DNA of 64,000 nt from Paraspadella gotoi (GCA_051294375.1 CM119268.1:18182005-18246004); one strand, 5' to 3'. Positions 48,519 through 62,915 are shown, numbered from the stretch's first letter. The notes: generated by a model not told the origin, from the sequence alone. Made by a program: numbers and translations.

Positions 48519-49147
48519 GATTTCTTTAAATTACAATTAAAAATAGTTTTCAAAGAAAAAAAAATTATAGCCTTGGAGATAAAATGAGCTTGTTTAGTAA
48601 TATACAATATATAAAGGATCCTTTTCACAAGGGAGGATGATGCCACGTCCGGTGAGAGGTCTTACTGGTTTTTTTTTGTCATTTGTTTTGCTGACATCGC
48701 GCAAAATCGATTGTGCAAAGAATCTTGTTTGTTTTAGCATCAAATATTCAATCCCTTTTTTATCTCGTCCAACGGAACTTCCTGATTAAACTAATATTCG
48801 TTCTGTTTTCATTTTTTTGTTCAACCCGGATTAGGATGTGGCGTTTATCTCAGGAAATAAAACTATTGAAGAAAAAAAAACTGCTCTCACCGCACGTTTA
48901 TAAATACAGAAATTTTGAGTATAGCTCTCACTCTTATTTTATAATTTTTATTGCTAGAAAATTATATTTCACAACTTGCTTTCAAATTAATTCTGCATAG
49001 TGAACATCAAAAATTTGGCACATGTGCGTATATTCCAGTCATTAAATTAATTATAATAATGTATGCAATAATGAAGATAATATTGCTAAAAGGTCGAAGC
49101 CAATACTCGACCCACAAACCATAACCTACGCCCAATGGACTCGAGGC

Positions 49148-51378
49148 TCAAGATCCAATCAACGATTCTACAGAGAATTTCATCGCTCGACGACTCATAG
49201 AATTTCGGCGCAACTCTTCGCTCGGACCATTGCAGTTTCTCCTTTTCACAAAATCTGGATTCAATTTGCCAGCCTCGTCTCGACACTTGCCATCCCCGTC
49301 TTGCCATTTGCCAGAAAACCCGCATTCTTCCCTTTTTCTCTCCATCCCATCTTCCTCTTCTTTTCTAAGGATCGCTTCCTCTCTCTCCTTCTCCCCAGAC
49401 AGCGGCCCAGCCTCGGCCGCATCAGGCCGCAGCGCAGACTCCCCCGCCTCAAGCAGCAACGCCGCAGACCCCGGCGCCGGCAGCAGCGTCGCCGCCAGAT
49501 GCTCGATCGTCTCCTCCAATTCTCCGCCGAGAGATCGAAAGGCTGCGTCGACGAGTGAAGGAGGGAGAGAGGGGAAAGTCTTGAGGAGGAAGTGGAGGTT
49601 GGAATGGGAGGAAGGGAAGGAAGAAGAAGGGCAAGGAGGTGTGCCTGCCCGGTCGGACATCGGCGGATCTCCAGAACGAGGCGTCGGAGAAGACGACGCT
49701 GGTTCGACGCTCTCGTCGGCGACGTCTTCGTCGTCGTCATCATTGATGTTGATGTTGTTGTTGTTGTTATTTGACGAGTTGATGGAATCGTCGCCTACGT
49801 CATCGAAGAAAAGACGAAGAGGAGGAGGAGGAGGAAGAGGAGGAGGAGGAGGACGAGATGGTTGGACGAGGAGGGGCTTCGTGGCGAGAGGGTAAAGAGG
49901 AGGAGGGGGAAGAGGATGAGGAGGTGGAGGATGCTGAAGAGGCTGAACGCGAAGAGGAAGAGGAGCCATCGGATTTTGGGAGGTGACGGCAAAAGCGCGA
50001 GCCTGAGGTGGAAGGTTGATGAGGATAAATATCAATCAAGCTATCAATTTGACACAATCTATGTACCATCATTCAATCATTGGAAAAACAATTAATTACA
50101 GCGCCTTGTGGCATAGTCTAACTGCAGCCTGTCTCTCATTTGTCTTTTACTTGTCTCGTACTCATTGTGATCATTAAGGCGTAGTGAAAGTTACATACGA
50201 AAAATTCCTAAAAGTCAATTATGAACAACATATCATCAGTGAACATTAATTGTAAAAAAAATTAATTTTATGTTTTTTAATTTTTGCAGTAGGCTATATT
50301 TATATATAGTACTATCCACGGTTCCCTAGACACCCCGAAAAAGAAAATAGAAATAACCCATTTCTGAAACACAAAAAAAATGAAAAATATAATTCTTTAC
50401 TACATCGTAGTGAAGTCGAAAAATTCTGATCCAAGCAAGTTTTTTTTTAATTGAATTTTAAAGTTTTGTTATAATTTTTTATACAAAATAATGAGAAACT
50501 AATCAACAACTTTGTCATTTCTTTGTCAAATTTTACTTTCTTTATATCAATCATGTATCTACTGAAAGAGAGCTTTAATTTGAACTCACTCTCATAAGCC
50601 TAACGATTATTCGTTCTCAAGTTATATTGAATGAAATAACTCAATTATTACAAAAATAGTAACCATTTTGTAATTACTACATGAAAGACTTAATCAATTC
50701 TTATTAATAAAAACTATAGTAAATGTAACATACAATTGCTTAGCTCAAAATTAACCTAATTTTAAATTTTTCTTCAACCAATAACACTACTATGAAATGC
50801 CTATGTAGTAAAATTGTTAAATTTTAATATATATATTTTTAAATAAGTTTAACATCAAGCAAGAGCATAATTAGTAATATTATACATCCAAAAGAATCCT
50901 CATTTTTATGATCTTTCTTTTGAGATCTAATCTCAGTTCTCTGTGATAATTCGTTTTTATAAGATATGATGCCAAAAACATTCGACACAAAATGCTTAAA
51001 AAGTAAAAAAAATAATCATTAATATTAATATTGAGTCAATTTTCGATAGATTTTATCATAAAGAGTGTTTATAATTGATAGGAAAATATGCCAATAATAA
51101 ATTAAATTTCATATTTAAGAGTTTTTTAATCAAACATGACTTGTGATCGCCTTTTTTCTCAACAAATATATACAAATAAATGATGTGATTTGTCTATTTT
51201 TTGCTAATATTTTAAGCTTTAATATTAGAATCTCTTACTGAAAAAATAATATAATAAAAAAATATGGCTATTTCTGATTCTAACAGAGCTATCATACTTT
51301 AAAATATCATAAAAAATAAGTATTATGAAGTCAAAATGAATAAAAATGTCAGTACCAAATCGATTTTTAGTAATTTCT

Positions 51379-51412
<34 letters not shown>

Positions 51413-54412
51413 AGAGAAGAAAGGGAGAGAGAGAGAGGGAGATAAAGATAGAAAGCCTATATTATTATATTAATTATATTATATTACTATATTATATTAT
51501 ATACTATATTATATTATACTATATAATATAAAAGACAAAATTTTTAATATTAACCGTTTTTTTACTCTCCTACTTGTGAATAATATAGTAATAATATAAT
51601 ATGAGTATAATATAATTTTAGTAATATAATATAATAATATATATATGAGTATAATATAATATAATATAGTAATATAATATAATAATATAATAATAAGGCT
51701 TTCTATCTTTTTTGTTGTTATATGTATTTGGGCAAAATGATTTTTGTTTCACAACGAATTTTATTTTATCATATAAACGTACATGTTTTCGGCTTTGGAT
51801 GCAAGCCTTCTTCAGGGTCAATGATTTGTTGAAAATGTAGCAGTTTTTTGTGTGAAACGAAGGGGAGAGAGAGAGATGAGATGTTAGAGAGAGAGGATGA
51901 TGGGATGGAGATAGGCAAAGTTTGCCAACACAGAGTATGAGAAAAAGAGATAGTGAGTGCAAGTGGTGAGGACAGGTTAAGAAGAGGACAGATAGAGAGT
52001 TTTAGCTTTTGAATAGAGTTAAATGAACACTAGAGTCAGAGTTCATTTCATGTTAGTTCCTTATAAGAGAATAACGAAGAATATGTCAAAATAGGCTTTT
52101 AACTATTTGAGGCAGATTGAAGTTCCCGCTTGAAGAAATCATACTTCTTTTCTTAAAAGATACGAAAAATATAATAAACAAGGCTTTATTAATGAATCAG
52201 TTAATCGATATTGTTAAAGAATATACTTTATTCCTACTTAAGTTTTGGTTAGAAATTAAAAAACTATAATTAACTATATAAAAAGTTAATTTTCAGCTTA
52301 AAATAGAGCTTTTTACGGATTAATTTTTCGACCACACTTAATGAAGGATTTTTTAAAAAAGAGTTATATTTCTTTTATCAACTTTTTATGACGAATCCAA
52401 ATCTGCAAAAAAAATTTTAAAAAAAAACTGTTTTGAAATTTTAACTTTTATTGGTTTAGTACTAGTATAAATATGGCCTACTGCATAAATTATAAATTTA
52501 TTATAAATTTTTTATTACATAAATGTTCATTAGTATAATGTTGTTAAGTCTCCTCACTTTTAGAAATTTTAATTAAAAGTTAAATTTTAAAATTTTACTA
52601 CGCCTTAGTGATCATGATAACTGAAAATAGAGTTTGGTCTCACGTGAAATTCAGATTCGTTTTGGTCTATAAGCCCCTAGATGCATAGTCAATCAGCAGC
52701 CTCTCGCTGAAGATTTGACCTGCTTCGCCTAGCTGCAAACGCAAGTTGCAGGGCCTACGTGCAGCGCATCACTGCAAAGCTTACCTGTAGCATAGCGGAG
52801 GCCAGCTTGAATCTCTGCATCTCGAACAAGGCGGTCTTCTCTCTCTCCATCATCACCGACTCCAACTCTTTGTCCGCGAAGCAGCGACGCTTTCGCATCC
52901 GCTCCGTCAACAGGAAACCGGCGCCTCCCGGATGTAAGGCGCCGCTAAGTTCCGAATCAGGATGTAACTTGTTGTCGTGGAAAGAGCCGGCTTCACGCCG
53001 ACCGCGAATATCTACGAAAAAATTGAATCTAAATTATGATCACTTAATAAATATTATTAATCAACTCATCAACTCATCAATATATCAGTCAATCGAATTA
53101 GTTTTCTCTGATCATCAATCATACAATCAATCAATAGACTATTCAATAAATAAATATATCTAAAATACTTTTAAAAAAACACCTTTCAAATTTGCCAAAA
53201 TTGATTTGGATACTCCGGATGATCCATTCCTTCTCGGTTTCCCGCCAATTCCTTCTTTTCTTTGACGATTCCCCTTTGTCTGGTTTTTCTGCTTCCTCGT
53301 TTCGTTACTAGTCGCAGAATCGGCGCTGGTATTCAGGTCGATTTCAGAACTGAAAGGAGCGGAAAACAAGTGAACTCTTTCTTTTCATTTTTGTTTTTAA
53401 TTAATCATTTGTTTATTCATAATTTATTTATTTATTATTTACATTAATTTTTTGTAATTTCTCTAAACTAAGAGCGTGATTACTTTTAAAACCAATGCAT
53501 TCGGAATTTACAATACAAACTACATTTTAATCACCTTTCGTTTTCTTTAATTTTGTCTGATTTCTTTCCAGAATCAGTTGATGCTTGTTGCCTTGAGAAA
53601 AAAAAACATATATATTAAAAAAATTGAAAACAAGAGAAACTTTAACATCTTTTGACATATGACCATGATATTTTTTTTATTTGCATATTTTTCGATAAGT
53701 TTTAGTTAATCGTTATTCTATATATTTATAATTTAAACAACGCACCTTCTTAGAGCGACCTGAGCGGCCATGACTCGCTGTCTCTCTACAACGAGCAAAC
53801 AATTGGCGCAACCGCAGTCTCGCCAACGACAGTAACGTTTGTGACCTGAAAGGAATTGTTAAAGGTTATAGTATGAACTAAATTATTAAACTACATACTA
53901 TTTTCCAGAAGGCTTTAAAATAATTTTGGCCACATAACTAAAATGGACGCACGTGATTGTCACAAAGAAATGACTCACCCTTGAGACACGACACAACGCC
54001 GTGATTCCGGCACCGCGCGCATTTCGGCGTTCTTAGAAGACGGCGTTCCTTCGCTCTCCCGGAACCGGCGCGCTTCTTGCCATTCTGAATTAATGATATA
54101 AATTTAATATTTACATTTTTCTTTGTCTGAATGTGTAATTGAATTATTGACTTATTGTTGCGGAGCNNNNNNNNNNGACGACGACGATGAAGACGACGAA
54201 GGAGCGGGATTGGAGCCGGTCTTCAACAACAACGACGACGATGACGACGACGATGAAGACGACGAAGGAACGGGATCGGAACCGGTCTTCAACAACAACG
54301 ACGACGACGAAGCCGACAACGATTTTGGCCCCAGCGACGGAAATACCTCGTCTTCGTCTTCCGAATCAACGCAAATCTCGGCGTCCGAATCCGTGGATGA
54401 TTCAGAGTCCAT
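49148..54412 (-). CDS. dmrt2: Doublesex/mab-3-related transcription factor, DMRT2/Dmrt11E type
   Basis: Exons: about 54177-54412 (acidic/Ser-rich, interrupted by gap), 53979-54084, 53746-53845, 53535-53591, 53183-53349, 52785-53011, 49148-50002. DM domain [58 protein letters not shown]2-type motifs SKSIL and [23 protein letters not shown]-terminal eh1-like FSVESLI. Confidence 0.95.
50177..52605 (+). mobile_element. MITE family A copy interrupted by a 1.74-kb insertion, in the last DMRT intron
   Basis: Left part 50177-50316 and right part about 52058-52605 match the family, with TA on both flanks. Confidence 0.88.
50317..52057. mobile_element. Nested AT-rich insertion beginning CACGGTTCCC
   Basis: Breaks the MITE at gtactatc|cttata. 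The right terminus is not recognisable because the sequence is noisy there. Confidence 0.6.
54167..54176. other. Assembly gap (10 N) in the first DMRT coding exon
   Basis: Run of n next to a 66-bp coding tandem repeat. Confidence 1.
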
Positions 54413-54916
54413 GTTGTTGTCGGTGTTGATGTTGTATGATGTTTATGATATTTTTGATGTTGTTGATGTTGTTGATTTCGTTGATGTTGTCAAAGTCGTT
54501 AAATGTTTTGATGTTTTGAATGTTGTTGTTGTTGTTTTTGATGTTGTTGTTTATGTTGTTGAGATTGCTAATGTTGTGGATATAGTTGATATTTTTAATA
54601 TTGATGCTGTTGATGTGGTTTATGTAGTTAGTAGCGTTAATGTAACTTTGTAGTTGTTGAAGATTTTTATGTTGTTACTGGTGCTGAATATTGACGACGT
54701 TTGTGTCTGATTGATTGATTGATTGATTGATTGTATTCCGTTAAAAGTTCTCACGATCGAAAGTCGACGGTAGTCGGTGACGCGGGATGTGAGTTGTGAT
54801 TATGAGCGAAAAAATGAGACATGGAGGAGGAGGAGGAACAGGAAGATGAGGAGGAGGAGGAGGAGGAGATATTTGAGAGAGATCGCAGTGTGCGCTCGAA
54901 ACCGCGGCAATTTCGT

Positions 54917-55010
<94 letters not shown>

Positions 55011-57676
55011 TTGTGGGGGGGAGGAGTTATAAAAATAAACTCCGTTTGTTGACCACCTGAATACTCATACGAAGAGGAAATTCGACTCGCAACATATGTG
55101 GCCGTGGATGAGTCTAACTCAATTTATTCGGATCAATTTTAACTTTTTTTTGTTTCAAAACTTAAAAGTCTAATTTTTTTCGTTATATGTCGTAACAAGT
55201 TATCTTGTCTCAATAGTATAGAACAAAGTTATTCTCAACACGTTCATCAAAGTTTAGTGCTCTTTTTTTACAACATTTAAAACAAGCCTGAAACAAAAAC
55301 AAAGAATGGATTCTGACAACGGAACATTACAAATTAAAGACGAAGGAAACGATTAAAGTGTTCAAGTATATATGAATATAAGTGTGCAAGTATATATGAA
55401 TATAATAAAATCTCTAACGACTAAGGAATAAAATATTGTGCTAAACCCTATAGGATGCGAGCCGAAAAGGAGAGGCCTCCCGTCTCTCGCCCCATGCTGG
55501 GAAATTTCATACAGAAATGAGGAATCGAAGCAAAGGAAAAACCGAGTCAAGTTTCTTCAGGAAAAACTTTGGGATTTTGTTTCGGTTTCCTCGAAGATAA
55601 ACATAAGGTTGACGTCGAAGTTTAGGGCTCTTCAATATGAATAATGGGATAGTAATAAATATACGTAATATTATACAAATTGAGATTCTGTCTTTGGCTA
55701 GGCGAGGATAAGACCATTTAAACCTCCATCACACTTCTGAGATACTAACAACGAGACGCTGCAAGCCTTTATTGTCCGGTTTTTTAACTCCCAAAATACT
55801 TGGCTTACTGATCCGTCAAATTAGTGGTACTTGATTGAAATAATCAACGACGGGATGTTAATCTAATTCGCAAAAAAATAATCTTTTTTGATTAAAACAG
55901 TTTTTCAAACTGCAAAGAGAAATGTCGCAATGTTAACGTCAGAAAAATGTATTCACTCTAAAATATCTGCGCATTCATAGCAAGTACCTCGTGACTAATA
56001 ACAAGTATAATTGCATGGCACTGTTCTTTCCCCATCACCTCAGGCCTAATCTTCGAATGTTTCCACGCAGATTATGAAATACATACCGCTTCAAAAGATG
56101 AACCCAATGCATCATTAGTTTAAACTCACGCCGAGATTGCGATAAAACTGCTAAGAGAAACGCTTTTTGAGATCAAGAATGTAATAAAGTTGTCGTTTCT
56201 TTAACGTTACGCTTTGTACTCTCTTGCCTTCCGATCATATGTACATCCTCAAGATGGTGAAATCAATTCTGAAAAAAGAAAAATGTGTTACAAGGACTTG
56301 GGTTCTCGGAGAGTAGCTTTGTGTCTTTAACTGGCTTGAATTTTTCTATAAAATATCATATCTTTTTAAAATGCCTCACTGAATTCATCCAGGTTTTAAG
56401 TCTTTTTTATATTTTATTAATTTACCGTAAGAAAAAAACTGAAAATAAAGTGAGAAGGGAAGCAGAAAAAGAAGCAGTGAGGCTTGAAACACGAGACGCG
56501 ATCAAAATGTTCTCGAGTCGGAAAAACATGTGTAGAAACATCAACCATCGAAAAAATCTTCTTAGTTATATCGGATTTTTCTTTAATTTTTTTCAATTTC
56601 CAAAAATCGCTAGAGATTATTGGAAAAAAGATTTTGATCTGCATCTTGTCTTGGAATTCACGAGTGTTCACGTTACATTTGTGTTTTTCATCGCCTTTCT
56701 TTCCTTATCACCTCATCTACTGTATTTCCTATTCACATATCTTTCAATTTAATATCTATCCATTTTAATTTTTTATTCCCTATCATCCTCTTAATTTTTT
56801 CTTTTTGTCTTCGCCTTCTTCTTTCCTTTCCTCCCTATTCCTTTCCTCCCTCTTCCTCCCTCAATCGCTTCTTCTTCCTCTTGTCATAATCCATTTGGTT
56901 CGACACAAAATTCATGGGATCCGTTCATGACGAAACTTTCCTTTTGCGAGTCAGGACTTCCGATGTTCGGAGGAAAGGAAGGCGTCGGCAAACTATCGAC
57001 GTTGGCAGACGAAGGAGGAAGTGAAATTCAGATTTTAAACATAGGCTAATATCATTTTTAATTATTTAATAGATTATAATAAAAAGGATCCTTAGGCTCA
57101 TTGAATGAATGGTTTTAAATAGTTTTGCCAGAAGCAAAAATGATACATCCAGAATCAGTTTTATTCTTGATGTATTATTGAATTATAGCTCGGAACATGT
57201 CAATAATTTTTTTCTTCAAAAATATAACATAATAACAAATTATTAGAAATAAAATACGCAATTTCAGGGTCAAAAATTGGTTTACAGTTATTACGGGGAT
57301 AATTTTGAGTCATATATAAGTTTAAAAGTTATGTATGTATCATTTAAAATATCCAAATTATTAAAAATTAAATCAAAGAATTGAGGGAAATTCGAAAAAC
57401 AAAAGCGCAATTCCCGCCATCGTCTGCGCCTCCGCGATTCCCTTTTGTAATCGAGTTTAAAGATTTCCCCTCACGTTTTCTCTTTCACAAGTTGAGCCGA
57501 TTCATTTGCTTTTCTCGCTCTTTATTTTTTCAGAACGCCGATCTGGGCGAAATGAATTACATCCTCAATATGCAATATTACCTATTAATAATAGATATAG
57601 GAATCGCTTAGAAACTTCAATGCTTCGTATCTAAGACGTTAGATATTAAATATCAATCCGAAGAAAAAGAAAAAAA

Positions 57677-57763
<87 letters not shown>

Positions 57764-57945
57764 TAGGAAGGTAAGAAGGTAAGAAGGAAAGAAAGTGAGA
57801 AAGAAAGAAAGTGAGAAGGAAAGAAAGAAAGAACTGAAGCAGAACAAAACCAAGAAGAAAAAAGTAACGAAAAAGAAAAAAGAAAAGTTCTGAAAGTAGG
57901 AAATAAAATAACATTGCTAACATGAGAAAAAGTCGACGGTTGTCC

Positions 57946-58002
<57 letters not shown>

Positions 58003-58519
58003 CTTTTCGCCGGACTTTTGCCGGCGGCCAAGACTGAAAGTCGAACCAGATCTTTGTTTGAATAAAGTCTTGAGTTGCGTTTTATTCGTCCTGATTGAGT
58101 TTTTGGGACAGGGGGTCGAGATCAACTGACTTCCAGGGGTCAGGATCACAAGGGTAAAGGGAGAGGATGAAGAGGTAAAGTGTAGGATTCACGAGAATAA
58201 TGGGAAGTGATCTCGAGGCTAAGGATTAACAGAGAAAGACCTGAGAGTCTCAGGCTGAGACACCTATCGTAGAAAAGGTAAAATATAGTATAATTGTAGA
58301 TCATAACGTGACAGTAAATAGCAATTCAACATTGAATCTCGTAAGATTAAGAGAAACTGACAAACCTGATCACAAACATCGGATCGAGATCTCTAAAAAT
58401 AGAGGAAAAGAGTTTGGTTTTGTCAAACTTTGCCCTTCCATGGTCCCATCTTTTGCGGTTTCGTCGTGCGCTGCTCGGCTCTCGCTCTCCGCTCTCGTCT
58501 CTCTCTCTCTTCTCTCTCT

Positions 58520-60950
58520 CTGGGTAGACCAACCGTCCAGGAAGACGATAACGGTTAACATAGAAAAATGGGGCAGAAGAATTTGCCTCAAATAATTAAG
58601 AGACGCTATGACGAAAGTACTAAAGAAAAAAGCGGTGTGAGAACCAAAAGGTTCAATTAAACTGTCAAAACAGTGCCAATATACTTCTGGGGATTAAAAG
58701 GAAACTGCACAATTGGAGGAGAAGAAGCGACCGTCAAACGATGAGTCGCTTAAGAATAATATACAATAAGGCTCCTGAACTAAGAAAAGTCTTAGAAATG
58801 ACAGGCACTTATTGGAAGCAAAGAGTAAGGACATTTGAGCAAATACCAAACAGGCAGAAAAGAAATGGATATAGTACAAGAATGAGCAAATATATAAGGA
58901 CAATCGGAAATCGCCCTCTCACAGTCACTGGTTAGCAATGTGTCGATTCGCAGGCGCACTAAGTCTGGACGAACCAATGCAGTTAACGGCTCTGTAAGGA
59001 GCGAAGCGAAACACATGCAAGTGAGACTAGAAAAGGTTTACAATCCCGACCTCCGGATGAAACTTTTGACGATGATGGGAGAAAAGAGATAGACGTATTA
59101 CTGCATTAAAATAGTCTGAAGTTTGTTCACTAGCAAAAACGAAGCAGGAAGATGGAAAGAAGCAGCCGACTTCTCAGTGGAAGAATTTTAATGCCGCGGT
59201 ATTACGTGAGTGGTAAAATAAGTCAGCTGCAGGCGAAGACGCGAGGTCACTGTACTTTGATGCTCAGCATATTATCCAGCTACTAGTCCTACTTCAACTT
59301 CTGACATTATTCACATATGGTTGGGCACCGAGTCCTTTATCCAAAGGCAGTGGAAAAGAACAAAGGCTTAATAACTTCTTCCGAAGAAAGGGAAAAGATT
59401 TAAAAAGGAATTCCAAAAATCATCGTCCAATAAGTCTCTTCAATGTATAGGTAATAGTTTAAAGCTTTTTCGACGAGGACTAAATTAAAAAAAAGTGCTA
59501 ATAGCTGGATCTGGACAAGAAAGGGATGAGAAATCGCTTATCAAAAAGTGGATATAAGAGGAATCGGGAGTCCCACAGATCAGTCTGTTTAGATTAACAG
59601 AAGGTGTTATCAGCGTTTCGAGAAAAGAAATGTGTTAGTAAGGTTTGTTCTTGGGACATCGAACTAGCATTACGATCATCTCTGGTGGAATGGCTTAGCG
59701 TTACAAAATAGCAAAAAAGGGGCTTCATCACAAATTAATAGGATCGAATAATGCCAATTTCTTAAGTAGACCGATTTATAACGCGTCCACGAAGGCATAA
59801 GGAGAAGTCAAAATCTTTCACAAATCAACACTGGTACTCCACAGGAGGGGTAATTCAGTCGCAGACCTCTTCAAATATTCATACAGACGACGTATTTGAA
59901 AGGGGGGCAGAGCAGAAATAGAGCCAGCTCAATTTTGCCGTGATCAAGCAGCATGGACTATCGCAGATAATCTCTGGTACTAAATTGGCAAACTCGGATT
60001 TAAAAGATTAATTACAGATTTTAAGAGTGAGTGGTGCTCAACCAAATGGCCCTAAAAATTTAGCCGCCCTCACAAAGTCAAGATTTTAGATCAATCTTTG
60101 TCAAGTCGCCTAAAAATCATTCTGATGGGCTGAATATGAACCTCAGTCTCTGTGGACAACGGTCGAATTAAGTGGTCGACAAAGTTAAAATTTCTGGGAG
60201 TCACTCTGGACGCAAAAATTTTACTGTGGAAGAATTACATAATGAAGTGGTTTGGAAAAGGCCAAATTGTGGATAGTTGGATATCTCTAAGACGGATCAA
60301 AACGTGACACAAAGGGAATAATCATGATTATAATATTATATTTACAACGTAATGATCAAACTGCCCTCATTAGAATATTGGCAGCGTTTTGTTACTTACC
60401 TATGTCCGTAGGTTCATTGACGAAACTTGGAAAGAATCCAGGGTCAAGCATTGAGTAATGGCGCTTGAATGCTCCCGAAATATTGTTTCATAATAAACTC
60501 GACTACTGCGTAGCGCGTAGTTCTAGTGTATCTGGCTAGCCGTAAGCGTGACAAAACATTTAAAGACATTTAGTTTAAAACGTCTTCTTGAGGCATGATA
60601 GGCAAAGTGGGATATTAGTGCGGAGACCATTCTCAGAATTGTCGAGACAACTGGTAAACAGCAGAACATCACAAGACGATCGTTATGTCGAGCGTTCTAA
60701 AACTGGGCTCCTCAATTGAACAGACGCATACGTAGACCCGCAACCACCATGACAGACTGACAGTGACTGAGACAAAGTACTTCCATTTGACACGGTCGTC
60801 TCGCCTTCGTAGGCCGATCGACTCTCACTTCGATGTTGAGTATGGATCTTCAAAACGGGCTAGTAGCCCATCATTCTGTGAGAGTCGTGATCTCGGAGGA
60901 AGTAGAAAGGGGCCTGCCCGAGGGGTCAAATTAATTAATCTTAATCAGAA
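58520..60950 (+). mobile_element. Degraded non-LTR retrotransposon (LINE) reverse transcriptase region
   Basis: Frameshifted motifs in the expected order: KSAAGED (about 59220), LLPKKGKD...NHRPISL (59375-59440), DIE.A.D.LWWNGL-like (about 59650-59700), GTPQ.G (about 59832), KFLGVTLD (about 60187). Boundaries approximate. Confidence 0.85.
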
Positions 60951-61463
60951 ATAATTTTTTATTTTTTTTATTTAATCAACTCTACTGAGACGCTAATTTA
61001 GTATACTATTTAACTTTGGTATGCGAACAGTAGGATTCACAGTCGAGTTGCCAAATTAACTGTTAATTTGTTTGATGTAGCAAGTGGTTCGCTAGTATAC
61101 GACTGGCCCAATTGATTAAACAGTAGCATCCTATTTTGATGTGTTGGTTGCTTTCGCGATATATGTGCGTACAAAACTAATTTTATTCTATCGTAGCTTT
61201 TATGCAATTTCATTTTTGTTTCGTGTCAACGGATTATAGAGTGACACGTTGTGCATCGATAGAAAGTATAGCACTCAGATGCTAATATCCGGATATTTTA
61301 GCAAGTTTCAAGCTTGGTTATCATATACATTTATGAATGTAGTAGACCTAAAAATGTTCTTGTGTATATGCAAACTGTTTAACTTAATGTCGCCTTAGAT
61401 GGCTAGTGTTTAACCACTGCGCAGGTGCCAATAGAACTTATTTCAAATCATAATGCAAATCAA

Positions 61464-61505
<42 letters not shown>

Positions 61506-62086
61506 CGGGCTCGTCTCGAATGCCTTTTTTCCCTCAAACGACAAGGAATGGACACCTTCTGTTCCCAAAGTCAAAACAGGTAAACCTCATCTTCAAAACA
61601 AACGGATTCTTTTTTCCTTTTTGAGTTGGAGGCGTTTATTTTTTATTGATGCCGTCGTCGTCGTCTTCTTCGTCGTTTTTCTTTAGGCAGTTCACAAAAA
61701 ACCTAATATATATACAAATATGACTACTCTACAATTAGTCTATGATAGGAGTTACATTAAAATGTTGTCTATACTTAAACATCTTGGTCTCATCCATCAA
61801 TAATCGCTGCTAGTATTCTTCTCCATTTTTAGCTATTCCTCCTTAGAGTGAGTAAGGAGTCCTTACTCACTCTCTTCCACTCTCCCACACATTCTCCACC
61901 CCCCTTATTTTCCACCCCCCGCTCTTTTTAACCAAACCCTCCAGCCCTCCGTCGCCCCCTCTTTCGGTCGAGGACGGAAAACCCAAAGATCGCGAACTCG
62001 AAATCGAATCTGAGGCGAAAAACGAGACAGCGTTCGAAGAATCCCGGCGTTGGAGTCGGCGTTGGAATCCTCGGCGTTTATTGGGA

Positions 62087-62177
<91 letters not shown>

Positions 62178-62360
62178 AACGATAAAGATCTCATTGTCAT
62201 TTCAACTGCAAGAAAATCTTAAACCTCCGTCACGTGATTCAATCCTACGATTCGATCTCCCAACTTGATCTTGATGTCGACTGAGGAAAATAGACGAAAA
62301 GATCGAAACGAGAAGAAGCGAAAAGGAGCGACGCCCAAAACTTGTCCGCGCTTAAGTCTC

Positions 62361-62444
62361 GGGACTCGGGACTCGGGACTCGGGACTCGGGACTCGGGAC
62401 TCGGGACTCGGGACTCGGGACTCGGGACTCGGGACTCGGGACTC
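62361..62444. repeat. (GGGACTC)12 heptamer minisatellite
   Basis: Direct reading. Confidence 0.97.
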
Positions 62445-62915
62445 GGATATTTGATAATTTGGATTGAGGACCCCTGACATTTGGCACCGGGCATTTAGAC
62501 CATTAGCTATTATTTCCGCATCGCCTCCTTAAAGATTCTTTGGTGATGACTCCAAGATTAACCTCCCAACCATTAAATTGTCAAACGCCACGTCGCGTCG
62601 TCCGTCTTTCGGGTCTTCGGAAAATCTTTGGGTTAGACTCGAGCCCATCGGGCACGACCGCGCGGCCACGCCTGCCCCCTCTGGGTCCAAGCCAAAGGTT
62701 TTACGACTCTAATGACTTTCAACGGCGCCGCCCAAAATAAACGAGGGACGAACGAGTTTTTCGGCAAATCGAGTTTTTCACTCATTTAGACAAAAGACAA
62801 AAAAAGTTCTCGATCTTCTTTTCTTTTCGATTCTTGCGAATCTCGTAAGCAATTTTAAACTTTTCATTTGTGACAATCGATCATCGGAATTAGGAACTTC
62901 GTTTTGTCAGTCGCC

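Noticed and set aside
54413-54653. Val/Asp-rich plus ORF (part of 54123-54653)
   Set aside because: Degenerate GTT/GAT repeat in the DMRT 5-prime region, antisense to the real gene.
62219-62494. SPESRVP repeat ORFs
   Set aside because: Translation of the (GGGACTC)n minisatellite.
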